Virus record (IMG/VR): IMGVR_UViG_3300042923_000056
Span: 1-32,443 of that record
Reading direction: 5' to 3' (one strand)
Source: a virus
Taxonomy: Duplodnaviria > Caudoviricetes
DNA: 32,443 nucleotides
How positions within the stretch are numbered: the first letter of the stretch is position 1; each line of letters opens with the position of its first letter. Made by a program: the position numbers and the translations under genes. This document shows, piece by piece, positions 17,217 through 26,320 of this stretch. The notes beneath the pieces were generated by a model. It saw only the letters and a program-made list of their open reading frames with translations. It ran no database searches and was not told the DNA's origin.

Positions 17217-18667
17217 TGGGCCTCATCCTCGTCAGGCGGATTATCCTCACCCATTCCCGGATATTGCGACAGCTCTGCTTTCTTCTGTTTCTTGATTCGC
17301 TTGAGCTCGGCCAGCAAGTCCCGCACCCATGGATGCTGCGCTATCAGCGTTTCGTCAGACAGGATGCCGACGCTGTCTTTGATGTTGGTAATCGTATCCG
17401 TCTCGTTGATCGGGATATCGCGGTTAAAAATAAAATCGACCTGCTCCGTTGAATAGTCGGTGCCGGTCGAATTGGCGATATGCACATCGATAAACCATCG
17501 CAGCTGTTCGAGCGCCGCCTGAAACTCGGTTTCGATGATGTTGGCGTCCATGTCTAGATCCGCATACAGGAATTTCAAGGCGACACCGCTCGGGCTGCTG
17601 CCGATCTTGTCCGCTTGCGTATCGACGCCGCGGCCGAATTCGTAAATGTCCTTCCGGTTCCGGTCCATATGGGCTGTATAGGCTTCCGTGTTGAGCTCCA
17701 GGCTGATCGTATCGACGCCCCCTTCGCCTTCCGTGAACACGACCCGGTATTTGCTGATGTTTTCCCGGAACTCTCCTGCTTCCGTACCGCCGTAGTTTTT
17801 GACCACGTATACGCTATTTGGCAGGTCCTCCAGATTGTTCGCATTGTCGGATTTGCGGGCGTCGTAGTCGTCTACGAGTGACTTGATAAGCTCGAGCAGC
17901 GGCTGCTCCTCCTCGTTGTACTTGAAGGCGACAAACGGGATTCGCTCCCAATTGACCTGACGTTCTGCCCCTGCCTCGCCGATCTCCCGCATATGGCCGG
18001 TAAACTCGCCAGCTTCGACGTCCGGGACCAGATTGCCCTGTAGGATATACCTCCGGACGCCATTCTTGTCCCACCATTCGACTTTGGTCACGTCGCGGCG
18101 CGTGATTCCCTCGTACGCCTCGACCTTGTAGACGCGAATCAGCGCTTCCAATTCGGTATGATCTTCATCACGCCAAAACGGAATAATCTCCTCGGAGCGC
18201 ATTCGCTTGAACGAAAGCTCGCCTTCCTCGTTGTAATAGGGGTGCAGCCAAGCGATGCCTTTCTTGATCGTTTCCTTGCCGGTGTTCTGCAGCAAGCGCT
18301 GCATCGCTTGGCCAAACAGATCCGACAACAGTTCCTGATACTCCGTATTGTCTGTTTGGATGCTCATCTGCTTGGCAAGCAAGTATCCGACCTTCTGGTC
18401 GACGAGCTTTCGGTAGAAGCCGTTAACGAGCCGGATATCGGCCAAATTATCAGCCCGCTGCTTCCGGCCATCCTTGCCAATCGTCGTCCGGTGACGTTTG
18501 AGAATGGCCGTCTTGTTCCGGTAATACTGCTCGCTCTCCTGCATCAGCTTGCAGGCTTCGGACGCTTGCCACTTGCTGACCTCCGTCTGGATGATTTGCT
18601 CCAAGGTCATGGCGCTTGCGGCGCCAGCTTCGATAATCTTCACGATTTCTCGCATTGCTGGACTCAA
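17213..18667 (-). CDS. Portal protein, SPP1 gp6-like
   Basis: LVDQKVGYL, NWERIPFVAFKYN, KSLVDDYD, SGVALKFLYADLD, FIFNRDIPINE, ETLIAQHPWV. Confidence 0.95.
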   Translation of the reverse strand: MSPAMREIVKIIEAGAASAMTLEQIIQTEVSKWQASEACKLMQESEQYYRNKTAILKRHRTTIGKDGRKQRADNLADIRLVNGFYRKLVDQKVGYLLAKQMSIQTDNTEYQELLSDLFGQAMQRLLQNTGKETIKKGIAWLHPYYNEEGELSFKRMRSEEIIPFWRDEDHTELEALIRVYKVEAYEGITRRDVTKVEWWDKNGVRRYILQGNLVPDVEAGEFTGHMREIGEAGAERQVNWERIPFVAFKYNEEEQPLLELIKSLVDDYDARKSDNANNLEDLPNSVYVVKNYGGTEAGEFRENISKYRVVFTEGEGGVDTISLELNTEAYTAHMDRNRKDIYEFGRGVDTQADKIGSSPSGVALKFLYADLDMDANIIETEFQAALEQLRWFIDVHIANSTGTDYSTEQVDFIFNRDIPINETDTITNIKDSVGILSDETLIAQHPWVRDLLAELKRIKKQKKAELSQYPGMGEDNPPDEDEAQ

Positions 18668-18672
18668 ATCGT

Positions 18673-19926
18673 TTACCTCCTTTCCTCGCCGAATCGGACG
18701 CCGGACGGCTTAATGTCATCTTCCAGCGCATACCTCGTACTGTCGATGCTGTGATTATCCTTGTCGGGGAATCCGTCTTTCCAATTCCCATTCGCATCTT
18801 TCTCAAGCTCGTAATGGGTATATTCCCGGGCCGTATTCGGGCAGCGTTCCTCGTCGATGATGATTTCCTCCAGATCCTGAAGGAACTTGATACCGTGCTC
18901 CACGCTGCCGGGACCTTTCTTCGCCGGACGGATCCGGATTCCCCGTGATTTCATTTCATCGTTGGATCGTGGCTCTGCACTATCGGCTGTAACCGGCTGA
19001 TTTAGCTTATTCTCGGCCTTGATCGCCTCGGCCAGCGCATCGAACCGCATGCCGACCTTGTGGATCTCGTGGAAAATGTAAATCCGTTTCCGCATCTTGT
19101 CATAATGCAAAACCTCATAGTGCAACGGATCAGCAGCGTACCCCCAATCGAGCCCGCGCTTGATACGATCGAACGAGCCGATCTCCTCGGCCGTAATGGT
19201 CCGAAGCGTGATGTTGTTGAAAACTTCACCGCCGGTTCCCGTCACCTTGCCGAGATATTCATGCTCATAAGCGTCCAGATTGATGCTTTTAAGATGATCG
19301 GCCTCAAGGAAAAACTGCTCTCCAAGCCAATGACGAGGAACCGTTTCGTACGTGCTATGGTGAACGATCCGATCCGGTCGCTTGACACGAATCTCGCCGT
19401 TTACCCAGTTCCGTTGCGACTTCGGCGGGTTGAAACCATAAAAAACGACGAATTTGGGGCCACCGCGCAGGAACGTCTGATTGATCGTTCGCACATCGGC
19501 CATGCCGTCGAATTCGTCGATTTCCTCGTACCAGATGTATTTAATATAGCCGTGCCTGAGCTTGCTGGACTTGACCTTCTTGGGCTTGTCTGCACCTCGG
19601 AATATGATTTTTTGGCCGGTGGGTTTATACGTCAGGCTCATCGGGCTGACACTGTCATGCCAAAGATGCGAGACGCCCAAAACATCGATCGCCCATAGCA
19701 GCTGCTCGTACACACTTTCCCGCAAATACTCCTTATGCTTCCGCAACGCGACCGCATTGGCGTCCGGGTCCTTCATCATGCCGAGGATAATTTCCAGACT
19801 GACGAACGACGATTTAGTTGAACCACGTCCACCTTTCAGCCAATAGTGCGTGTAGCGATCTTCTTTGAGAAAGTGGTGAATGTCGTAGAAGCTTGGGGCG
19901 ATAAGATTGGTCAGAACGACTTTCAT
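18673..19926 (-). CDS. terL: Terminase large subunit, PBSX family
   Basis: Walker A KGGRGSTKS, Walker B IWYEE, FNPP, GLDWGY, DSAEP, DKDNHSIDSTRYA; start reassigned to MKVVL (19926). Confidence 0.96.
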   Translation of the reverse strand: MKVVLTNLIAPSFYDIHHFLKEDRYTHYWLKGGRGSTKSSFVSLEIILGMMKDPDANAVALRKHKEYLRESVYEQLLWAIDVLGVSHLWHDSVSPMSLTYKPTGQKIIFRGADKPKKVKSSKLRHGYIKYIWYEEIDEFDGMADVRTINQTFLRGGPKFVVFYGFNPPKSQRNWVNGEIRVKRPDRIVHHSTYETVPRHWLGEQFFLEADHLKSINLDAYEHEYLGKVTGTGGEVFNNITLRTITAEEIGSFDRIKRGLDWGYAADPLHYEVLHYDKMRKRIYIFHEIHKVGMRFDALAEAIKAENKLNQPVTADSAEPRSNDEMKSRGIRIRPAKKGPGSVEHGIKFLQDLEEIIIDEERCPNTAREYTHYELEKDANGNWKDGFPDKDNHSIDSTRYALEDDIKPSGVRFGEERR

Positions 19927-20105
19927 GTCATGGAGCCTGCCCCCTTTGATGGACATATGTATAAAACATTTGATTTTGCGAAGATGTCCGAGCTTGCGAT
20001 TCTCGTATTCCGCCAAATTCGGCTATTTTCGCCGTTTTCGATTGCGTGGAACAGTGTAAAAAACGGAGTAAATGAGCATGGCCCCGATCTCCGGCTTTCT
20101 CGCAT
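19923..20105 (-). CDS. Possible 60-aa bridging ORF between terS and terL
   Basis: ATG directly after the terS TAA; stop overlaps the terL ATG (ATGA); peptide has no recognisable motif. Confidence 0.35.
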   Translation of the reverse strand: MRESRRSGPCSFTPFFTLFHAIENGENSRIWRNTRIASSDIFAKSNVLYICPSKGAGSMT

Positions 20106-20118
20106 TTACTCCGTTTTT
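20059..20118. repeat. Perfect 16-bp inverted repeat AAAAACGGAGTAAATG / CATTTACTCCGTTTTT
   Basis: Arms 20059-20074 and 20103-20118, 28-nt loop; covers the terS stop and the next ATG. Confidence 0.88.
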
Positions 20119-20603
20119 CGTGGCACGTCATCAACGATCTGGACAGCGCCGTTTACGTCAATCTGTTGCTTATCGATCCACATGCCGAAGCGTTTGCCAA
20201 GCAGCTCGAGCGCCTTTATCTTGTCGGCAAAGCGTACTTCGCGTTCGACGCTGTCGACGTCACCAGAAGTTTCCTTGACCTTGATCGAGGCTATGGCCGC
20301 TGTGTCATCTTCGGATGCGTTCGACGATATAGTCGCGTCGTTCATATTGACCAGCCGGGTGGGATCCAAGAAAGCGATCCGGGCGAGCTCGCGGATAATT
20401 CGATCCTGATTGACGCCTGTTCGTCTCGAGTGCTCCGCCATTCGCTCGTCGATGTACGCGCGAATCTGAGGTTTCTTTAAGTTCTCAGATCCAATCTCTG
20501 CTGCTGTTTTCGGACTATATCCGGCCCTGATCGCTGCCTGCGTGGCATTGAGGTCGATCAGAAATTCATCTGCAAACTTCTGCTGTTTGGCCGTCAATGC
20601 CAT
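20106..20603 (-). CDS. terS: Terminase small subunit
   Basis: LTAKQQKFADEFLIDLNATQAAIRAGYSPKTA...ENLKKP; DKIKALELLGKRFGM. Confidence 0.96.
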   Translation of the reverse strand: MALTAKQQKFADEFLIDLNATQAAIRAGYSPKTAAEIGSENLKKPQIRAYIDERMAEHSRRTGVNQDRIIRELARIAFLDPTRLVNMNDATISSNASEDDTAAIASIKVKETSGDVDSVEREVRFADKIKALELLGKRFGMWIDKQQIDVNGAVQIVDDVPRKTE

Positions 20604-20641
20604 GTCATATCACCTCGCTCGGTTAAATTTGATTTATCTCG

Positions 20642-20821
20642 TTATTCCTTTACGCACTTCGGCCTCGAACAAAATTGCGTCGTTCCCTCGAATCGGCCCC
20701 AGATACAGCCTTTGCACTTGACTGGCTGCTTCTCTTTCAACCGTCGTGTCTCTTCCGCCTTGGTAAGCCCGTTCAAATGGCGTCGGAGCTCCCGGCCCGT
20801 TAACTCTTCTGTAGCTGGCAT
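20642..20821 (-). CDS. Small Cys-rich hypothetical protein (about 59 aa)
   Basis: MPATEELTG...CKGCIWG...FCSRPKC; first ORF of the late operon. Confidence 0.6.
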   Translation of the reverse strand: MPATEELTGRELRRHLNGLTKAEETRRLKEKQPVKCKGCIWGRFEGTTQFCSRPKCVKE

Positions 20822-20836
20822 ATGATCACGTCCTAG

Positions 20837-20864
20837 AAAACAAAATGCCGCCAATAATGGCGGC
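20837..20864 (-). terminator. Terminator-like hairpin in the late leader
   Basis: Minus strand GCCGCCA-TTAT-TGGCGGC then ATTTTGTTTT. Confidence 0.55.
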
Positions 20865-20905
20865 TATTCGAAGGAGGAGTTATTGGATTACAAGTATTGC
20901 ACACT

Positions 20906-20990
20906 ATCATAGTAACACGGGTTGACAGGGCTTTTCGCGTCAACATCGCGCCAATTTTGCGTCATTCTTGCGCCAATTTTACGACAGCTT
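20906..20990 (-). promoter_or_regulatory. Late promoter with tandem 11-bp activator-binding repeats
   Basis: Plus-strand units GCGTCAACATC, GCGCCAATTTT, GCGTCATTCTT, GCGCCAATTTT at 20937-20980; minus-strand TGtTACTAT/TATGAT -10-like box at 20917-20906. Confidence 0.65.
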
Positions 20991-21584
20991 AATATATTCG
21001 GCTATGGCGAGTGGCCTCCGTCGATCGAATGTCCTTATGGATATGCCCATCTCGTTTGCAGTTTCCGTCGGCGACATGTCCTCGACATATCGAAAGCGAA
21101 GCAGCTTTGCATAATCCGGCTTATACGCCTCCAGCGCCTTCAACGCTGTATCGATCCGTCCAATCTCTGCTTGTAAGTCCTGAAACCTCGCCAGCCGATT
21201 CAGTACCTCGTCAATATCATCGCGAACGTCGTAGCCGCGTGCGGCAATTACCTTCGCAAGCTTAGCGCGAAGCTGCCGCAGTAGCTTGTCGTCCTCGATA
21301 TCTGCTCCGACAGCCGGAATGGCCTCCTGTTGTCTTTTAACGCCTGCGGGGTATCTTCCGCCCAGGTAAGCATGTGCGGTCGATTCCAGGACCAATTCTC
21401 GCCGCGACAGATACATGTACGATGGCAATCCGCGAAGCCGCCGATGCAAATCCTGCAGCTGATCGTCTTCGTTAAGCCGGCTGATCTGGATGCCGGCCCC
21501 GACACTGTAGGTCGACAATACTTTCATGCGGGCCTCTTTTTGCCGGTAGCTCTGAAGCTGCTCAATCACCTGTTGTTCGGTCAT
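20979..21584 (-). CDS. Late transcriptional activator, ArpU/RinA-like (C-terminal sigma70 region-4-like HTH)
   Basis: LLRFRYVEDMSPTETANEMGISIRTFDRRRPLAI; last gene before the terS operon. Confidence 0.8.
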   Translation of the reverse strand: MTEQQVIEQLQSYRQKEARMKVLSTYSVGAGIQISRLNEDDQLQDLHRRLRGLPSYMYLSRRELVLESTAHAYLGGRYPAGVKRQQEAIPAVGADIEDDKLLRQLRAKLAKVIAARGYDVRDDIDEVLNRLARFQDLQAEIGRIDTALKALEAYKPDYAKLLRFRYVEDMSPTETANEMGISIRTFDRRRPLAIAEYIKLS

Positions 21585-21852
21585 CCGTCTCGGCCCCCTC
21601 GTTGAAAATCTCCGCGACCGTCTCGTCCGTCGTTACCGTCAGCATGCCGTCCCACAGCTCGCGGATCTTCTTCGCTTGGGCGATTACGGCGACCTTTTGC
21701 TTGGGAGTCAACACGACGTCCATCGCCTCGTGATAGTGCCGCTGTGCTGCCGCATAGGCTTTCGTGTGCAACACGTTCTGCGCTTGCCAGAACTCTTTGG
21801 TCGGCAAATTCTTAAGCTGTTTATGCTTACGGCGTTTCTGTTCTCGGTTCAT
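21562..21852 (-). CDS. Hypothetical phage protein (96 aa)
   Basis: AGGAGG RBS; MNREQKRR start typical of small phage proteins. Confidence 0.75.
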   Translation of the reverse strand: MNREQKRRKHKQLKNLPTKEFWQAQNVLHTKAYAAAQRHYHEAMDVVLTPKQKVAVIAQAKKIRELWDGMLTVTTDETVAEIFNEGAETDDRTTGD

Positions 21853-21870
21853 GTGCCGTCCCTCCTGGTG

Positions 21871-23298
21871 TCATTTCAAGCTGTCGATCCGGGCTTTTAG
21901 CGCTTCAAGCAGCTTATCCTGCGTGGTCGCTTTGCCCTCGAGTGCTGACATCACGTCCTCGTCAGCTCCGCCCTGTACGACAAGGTGGTGCAGGATGACC
22001 TTTTGCTTTTGCCCTTGCCGATGCAGCCGCCCGTTCGCCTGTTGGTACAGCTCCAAGCTCCATGTCAAGCCGAACCATACGACATGGTTGCCTCCATCCT
22101 GCAAGTTAAGACCGTAGGCCGTCGAAGCTGGGTGCGCCAGTCCTACGTCGATCAGGCCTGCGTTCCAGTCTGCAAAGTCTTCGGGGGTCTTAAGCTCTCG
22201 GACCCGTAATCCCGTTTTGGCAAGTGCCTGCTTGATTCGGCTTAGGTCGTGCTGAAAACTGTAAAACACCAAGGCAGGTTTGCCGTTCAACTGTTCAAGC
22301 AGTTCGAGAAACGCCTCGATCTTGCAGTCGTGAACATGTGCACTTTTCCGGATGGTCTTCATTTTCCCTTCGTCGTCAAATACCGGATTGCCGCCTGGGC
22401 CTAGTTCGGGCTCCTCGTAGTAGATTTCACCGTTGCAAAGCTGTAAAAGCTTACCTGTCAAGGCCGCGGCATTCAACGCCAGAATCTCAGTATCCTCGAT
22501 TTCCAAAAGCATTTCTTTTTCCATTTTTTTGTATAGTTTTTGGGCCTTGTCGTCTAATACAATCGGGATCACGTTCGTCATGCAATCGGGCAGCTGCAGG
22601 TAGTCGTCTGCTTTCATGCTGATGCAGAAATCGCGTATCAGCGACTGGATCGCCTCGTCAGCTCCCGGCTTCGGTGTATACCCGTGACCGTTGTAATTCC
22701 GTTCGAAATATTTGGTTCGGTAGTGTGTGATATTCTTTTCCAGTGCTTTCGGTTTCAACAGGTTAATCTGAGCCCACAGATCCATCAGTCCGTTCGGAGC
22801 CGGGGTTCCGGTCAATCCAACAATCCGCTTAATGTGCGGCCGGATCCACCCTAATGCCTTCGTTCGCTGCGCTGCGTAATTCTTAAAACTGCTCAGCTCA
22901 TCCAACACAACCATGTCAAATGGCCATGCATTGCGATACTGCTCCGTCAGCCACACGACGTTGTCTCGGCTCATTACCCACACATCGCCTGGCGTATTCA
23001 GCGCCCGAATACGCTGCTGGACGCTACCAACGACCGGAATGACTCTCAAGTGTTGCAAATGCTGCCATTTGGCCGCCTCGTTTGTCCAAGTGGCCTCTGC
23101 CACCTTTTTCGGGGCGACAACTAAGCAGCGCCGTACAGCAAAACGGTTATATTTCAAGTCGTTCACGACGGTCAGTGTGATAACCGTCTTACCTAATCCC
23201 ATGTCGAGAAAGAGGCCCAAAGCATCCTCGGCAATCATCCGGCGGATGTTGTATAACTGGTAGTCATAGGGCTTAAATTTAATTGGCGCAGTGCTCAT
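21871..23298 (-). CDS. SNF2-like (SF2) phage helicase
   Basis: PYDYQ, LFLDMGLGKT, VVLDELSSFK, GLTGTP, GLNLQDGG, YQQANGRLHRQGQ. Confidence 0.93.
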   Translation of the reverse strand: MSTAPIKFKPYDYQLYNIRRMIAEDALGLFLDMGLGKTVITLTVVNDLKYNRFAVRRCLVVAPKKVAEATWTNEAAKWQHLQHLRVIPVVGSVQQRIRALNTPGDVWVMSRDNVVWLTEQYRNAWPFDMVVLDELSSFKNYAAQRTKALGWIRPHIKRIVGLTGTPAPNGLMDLWAQINLLKPKALEKNITHYRTKYFERNYNGHGYTPKPGADEAIQSLIRDFCISMKADDYLQLPDCMTNVIPIVLDDKAQKLYKKMEKEMLLEIEDTEILALNAAALTGKLLQLCNGEIYYEEPELGPGGNPVFDDEGKMKTIRKSAHVHDCKIEAFLELLEQLNGKPALVFYSFQHDLSRIKQALAKTGLRVRELKTPEDFADWNAGLIDVGLAHPASTAYGLNLQDGGNHVVWFGLTWSLELYQQANGRLHRQGQKQKVILHHLVVQGGADEDVMSALEGKATTQDKLLEALKARIDSLK

Positions 23299-23576
23299 AA
23301 TTGCCTCAGCTCCCGCAGGAGTGCGTCCACCTGCTCCTTGCTGTCAACCACTCGCACGTCACAGCCCAATGCGCGCAAGCGCTTATGCTGTACCAGTTGC
23401 AGCGGACTCGGCTTGCCTCCTGGTGCTTTCAGCTCGACCATCGCAATACGGCCACCCGGAAGAATCACAAGCCGGTCCGGTACTCCGCTGTTCCCGGGGC
23501 TGGTCCACTTCGGCGCCCAGCCTCCCAGCGCTTTGACCTGTTCGCGTAGATAAGCCTCTATGTCACGTTCCCTCAT
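23295..23576 (-). CDS. VRR-NUC domain nuclease
   Basis: MRERDIE...KWTSPGNSGVPDRLV...VELKAPGGKPSPLQ; start reassigned to 23576 after GGAGG. Confidence 0.92.
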   Translation of the reverse strand: MRERDIEAYLREQVKALGGWAPKWTSPGNSGVPDRLVILPGGRIAMVELKAPGGKPSPLQLVQHKRLRALGCDVRVVDSKEQVDALLRELRQL

Positions 23577-23712
23577 CGGGTGAACCTCCCTCGCGTATAC
23601 TTTGTTAACTTTGAAACCTTCTCCCGCGTATATATACATAATTAGGCGTGTCAGGCGTTACGCGTACGCCCTAAATTCTATAATCTATCTATTTTTTAAC
23701 TCTATAGAATTT

Positions 23713-23874
23713 AAAGTTGACAAGGTTTACAAAGTACTTTGAAGCCTTACGGTGCAAGGATTTTTCCGTCAACTTAAGGTGTCAACTTTGTCATTTTAGA
23801 AGGTTGACAAGGTTGACATCCCAAAGTTGACAAAATCGTCGGTTTTCGGAGAAAGTTGACAATCAAAGTTGACA
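23713..23874. repeat. Iteron-like GTTGAC(A) cluster, putative replication origin
   Basis: GTTGAC at 23716, 23803, 23812, 23826, 23855, 23868; inverted GTCAAC at 23768, 23781; adjacent AT-rich tract 23673-23712. Confidence 0.75.
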
Positions 23875-26298
23875 GCCGTTTTCTCGGATATAGCCGCCCT
23901 TAACCTGCCCATGCGCTCCGAATCTGAACGTGTTCGGGTACTTCTTCCATTCTGGCAACTTATCCAGTATGGCGTTGATCCGAATCGCCTCCGATCGCCG
24001 CAGCCCCTTCGTGTCGCCTCCAAGGGCTTCGAACCAGACCTCCTGTGCGCAGATCCGGTCCCGGGTAATAAGTTCGCCCGGGTACGTCCCGAACTCGCCA
24101 GACCAAAACATTTTCCGGTCGGACAGGCTCCGGTTCAGCCAGTCAGGCGGCACCTTCCGTTCGGCGAAATCGGCGATAATCCCCTCCCACGGATCGGTTT
24201 CCGCATGAAGCTCCTGCTGCTGCTTCGCCTCCTGCTCCAGTGCTTCCGGTAAAATCAGCGGCTCCCCCATCCGCCAGCGCATCACGGCTTCCGCCCATAA
24301 CTGGTCAATTTCTGCATCTAAATCCCGAAAAACCAGCTTTGTACGTTGCTGCACGCCGCAGTCGATCGGCCAGAATCGCCGGCCGCCTGTCGGATCCTTC
24401 AGATATTGGTCATCGTTCGACGTCCCGAAAAATACGCAACGCCGCGGATGCTTTTCCGTCTTCCGGGCATACGCCGCCCGGTACTGGTCCTCCGTCCGCG
24501 ATAAGAAGCCTTTTATCACCTTCACGTCGGAACGGCTGTAAGCGCCCATCTCGCCGATCTCCACGATCCAAGCGTTCTGCAGCAGCTCTGCAGCCTCCTT
24601 GCCCTCGAACGACTCGATACTGTTATTGAACCAATGCTGCCCCATCCGCTGCAGCAGCGTCGTTTTCCCGAGACCCTGCGCCCCTGTCAAAACGGGCATC
24701 GTGTCGTATTTCAGCCCCGGATGCATCGCCCGGGCCACGGCGGCCGTGAACGACTTCCGCGTAACGGCCCGGACATACGGCGTATCGGCAGCCCCCAAAT
24801 AATCGATAAAAAGCCGGTCCAGTCGCGGCACACCGTCCCACGTCAGCCCATGCAAATACGCAGTAACCGGGTTTATTTGATTCTTGCGGGCACAAAGTAC
24901 CAGCGCGTCCTGAATGACGCCTTCCGTCCGGAAATTCAGTACACCCTGAATATAGTCCCGCAGCCCGCTGTCGTCGTCATCCCGCCACTGAAACGGCCCC
25001 GTCTCCGTATTGCGCGGCGGCCACGGCAACGGCGCAATCCCCATCAGCGCATCAGCGAACGTGTCCATCCGGATCCGGCCCGCCAAGGCCGCGTCATGCT
25101 CCAGCACGATCCGGACGTTTTTCGTCGTCTTGGTAGGCGCTCCGCTGCTGCTGATCTCCAGCATCTTGATCCATGACATATCATTTACTACCGGTTGCGG
25201 ACCTGCCGGGGCCTCTGCTACACCAAAGTCGGATACGGCTTTTGCATATCGCTCCTGCATCAGCAGCCCGGCAACCGGCTCCTGCTCCATGGCAAACGCG
25301 CACATCGCCGTATAACTCGGCAGCTTATTCGTCGGGGTACCTGGTGCCGCAGTGTCGTCCTGGTCGCCATATTTATGCAGCCGGACCAGGTCGAACGCAT
25401 TGACCAGCCGGCTGCTGCACGGATCCGTCGCATGGTGAGAAAAGAGAAATTGGCCGTCGTCATACATCACAGCCCCACCAACCGTGGAGCCGCCCACATA
25501 CGTAAGCCGGCCACTGCCGTCATCCGTCTCCGTGTAGATGCCCGGCAGAAAGACTGCGATCGCCCCCGGCACATCGTACACGCGGCAGAACGCCCCAACG
25601 ACGCCCTGCTTCGCCGTAGGATCGCCCTGCTTCGCTGCCATCCGGACGTGTGCTTGCTGCGTGCCCGGGACCTGCGGCCACTCCAGATGGTTGCGCCAGT
25701 CCGCATACATCGCCAGCAGTCCGTCAGCGTCCAGAAACGGCTTGTCGCCATAGGTCATGACATATTGACTGTCCGAGCTGCACGATGGCCAGTACATCAA
25801 ACGGGACGCCTCAAACGTCGTCGGGTCGCAGAGTTCGATCCCAATGATCGCCCCGAGCTTGCGGGCCAGTGGCTCATATTCATCCGCTGTGACCGTCCGG
25901 TTAACCGGCGCCAGAAGACGAAGCCGCGGCTTCGCCTCCTCGTGCTTCCGGGTGCTGTAGACGGCGTAAGCGCAGCCGAGGCCGTCCAGACGGCGCAGCA
26001 CGTCCGCCGTACCCCCTGCCGGAATATTGTCCAAGTCCAGCGTCAGCACGTCGCGCCCGGTGACGTTCCCAGCCTTCCGGCGACCTCCGGCCAGTGTCCC
26101 AGCGACGAAGCCGCCGACGTCCTTTAGATCGTCCTGCTGGGACTTCGGCAGAGCGAGGTATTGCGCCAGCGTTTCGGTGCCGCGAACCGCCGTGCGCAGC
26201 CGCTCGACGAGCTCCGACCAGTAGAGCATCTGCGCAGGCCAGTGGGTCGCCTTACGGCTGCCGGCGGCTGAAATCGTTAATTGTCGGTTATACTGCAC
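23863..26298 (-). CDS. Primase-helicase, VapE/VirE (virulence-associated E) family, 811 aa
   Basis: N-terminal primase-like LTLDLD, YSTRKH, PRLRL; C-terminal P-loop GAQGLGKTT, WIVEIGEM, FFGTSN, DPTGGRRFWP. Confidence 0.92.
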   Translation of the reverse strand: MQYNRQLTISAAGSRKATHWPAQMLYWSELVERLRTAVRGTETLAQYLALPKSQQDDLKDVGGFVAGTLAGGRRKAGNVTGRDVLTLDLDNIPAGGTADVLRRLDGLGCAYAVYSTRKHEEAKPRLRLLAPVNRTVTADEYEPLARKLGAIIGIELCDPTTFEASRLMYWPSCSSDSQYVMTYGDKPFLDADGLLAMYADWRNHLEWPQVPGTQQAHVRMAAKQGDPTAKQGVVGAFCRVYDVPGAIAVFLPGIYTETDDGSGRLTYVGGSTVGGAVMYDDGQFLFSHHATDPCSSRLVNAFDLVRLHKYGDQDDTAAPGTPTNKLPSYTAMCAFAMEQEPVAGLLMQERYAKAVSDFGVAEAPAGPQPVVNDMSWIKMLEISSSGAPTKTTKNVRIVLEHDAALAGRIRMDTFADALMGIAPLPWPPRNTETGPFQWRDDDDSGLRDYIQGVLNFRTEGVIQDALVLCARKNQINPVTAYLHGLTWDGVPRLDRLFIDYLGAADTPYVRAVTRKSFTAAVARAMHPGLKYDTMPVLTGAQGLGKTTLLQRMGQHWFNNSIESFEGKEAAELLQNAWIVEIGEMGAYSRSDVKVIKGFLSRTEDQYRAAYARKTEKHPRRCVFFGTSNDDQYLKDPTGGRRFWPIDCGVQQRTKLVFRDLDAEIDQLWAEAVMRWRMGEPLILPEALEQEAKQQQELHAETDPWEGIIADFAERKVPPDWLNRSLSDRKMFWSGEFGTYPGELITRDRICAQEVWFEALGGDTKGLRRSEAIRINAILDKLPEWKKYPNTFRFGAHGQVKGGYIRENGCQL

Positions 26299-26320
26299 GG
26301 CGTCGCAGCCTCCTTTTTGA

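Noticed and set aside
19927-20016. ORF-track N-terminal extension of TerL (similar extensions at 3544, 11087, 23639, 26860, 29119)
   Set aside because: Downstream starts have better RBS or coupling and match expected family N-termini
19927-20105. Group I/II intron or tRNA in the terS-terL spacer
   Set aside because: Too short, no recognisable intron core or cloverleaf, and both flanking genes look complete
22340-22910. SNF2 helicase with DELS instead of DEAH and a short acidic Gly/Pro insertion
   Set aside because: DELS/DESS variants are common in this phage helicase group; the insertion is too short for an intein and lacks splice motifs
23713-23874. Repeat cluster as a possible CRISPR or mini-array
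   Set aside because: Units are only 6-10 bp, irregularly spaced and in both orientations; no cas genes apart from a Cas4-like phage nuclease in normal replication synteny
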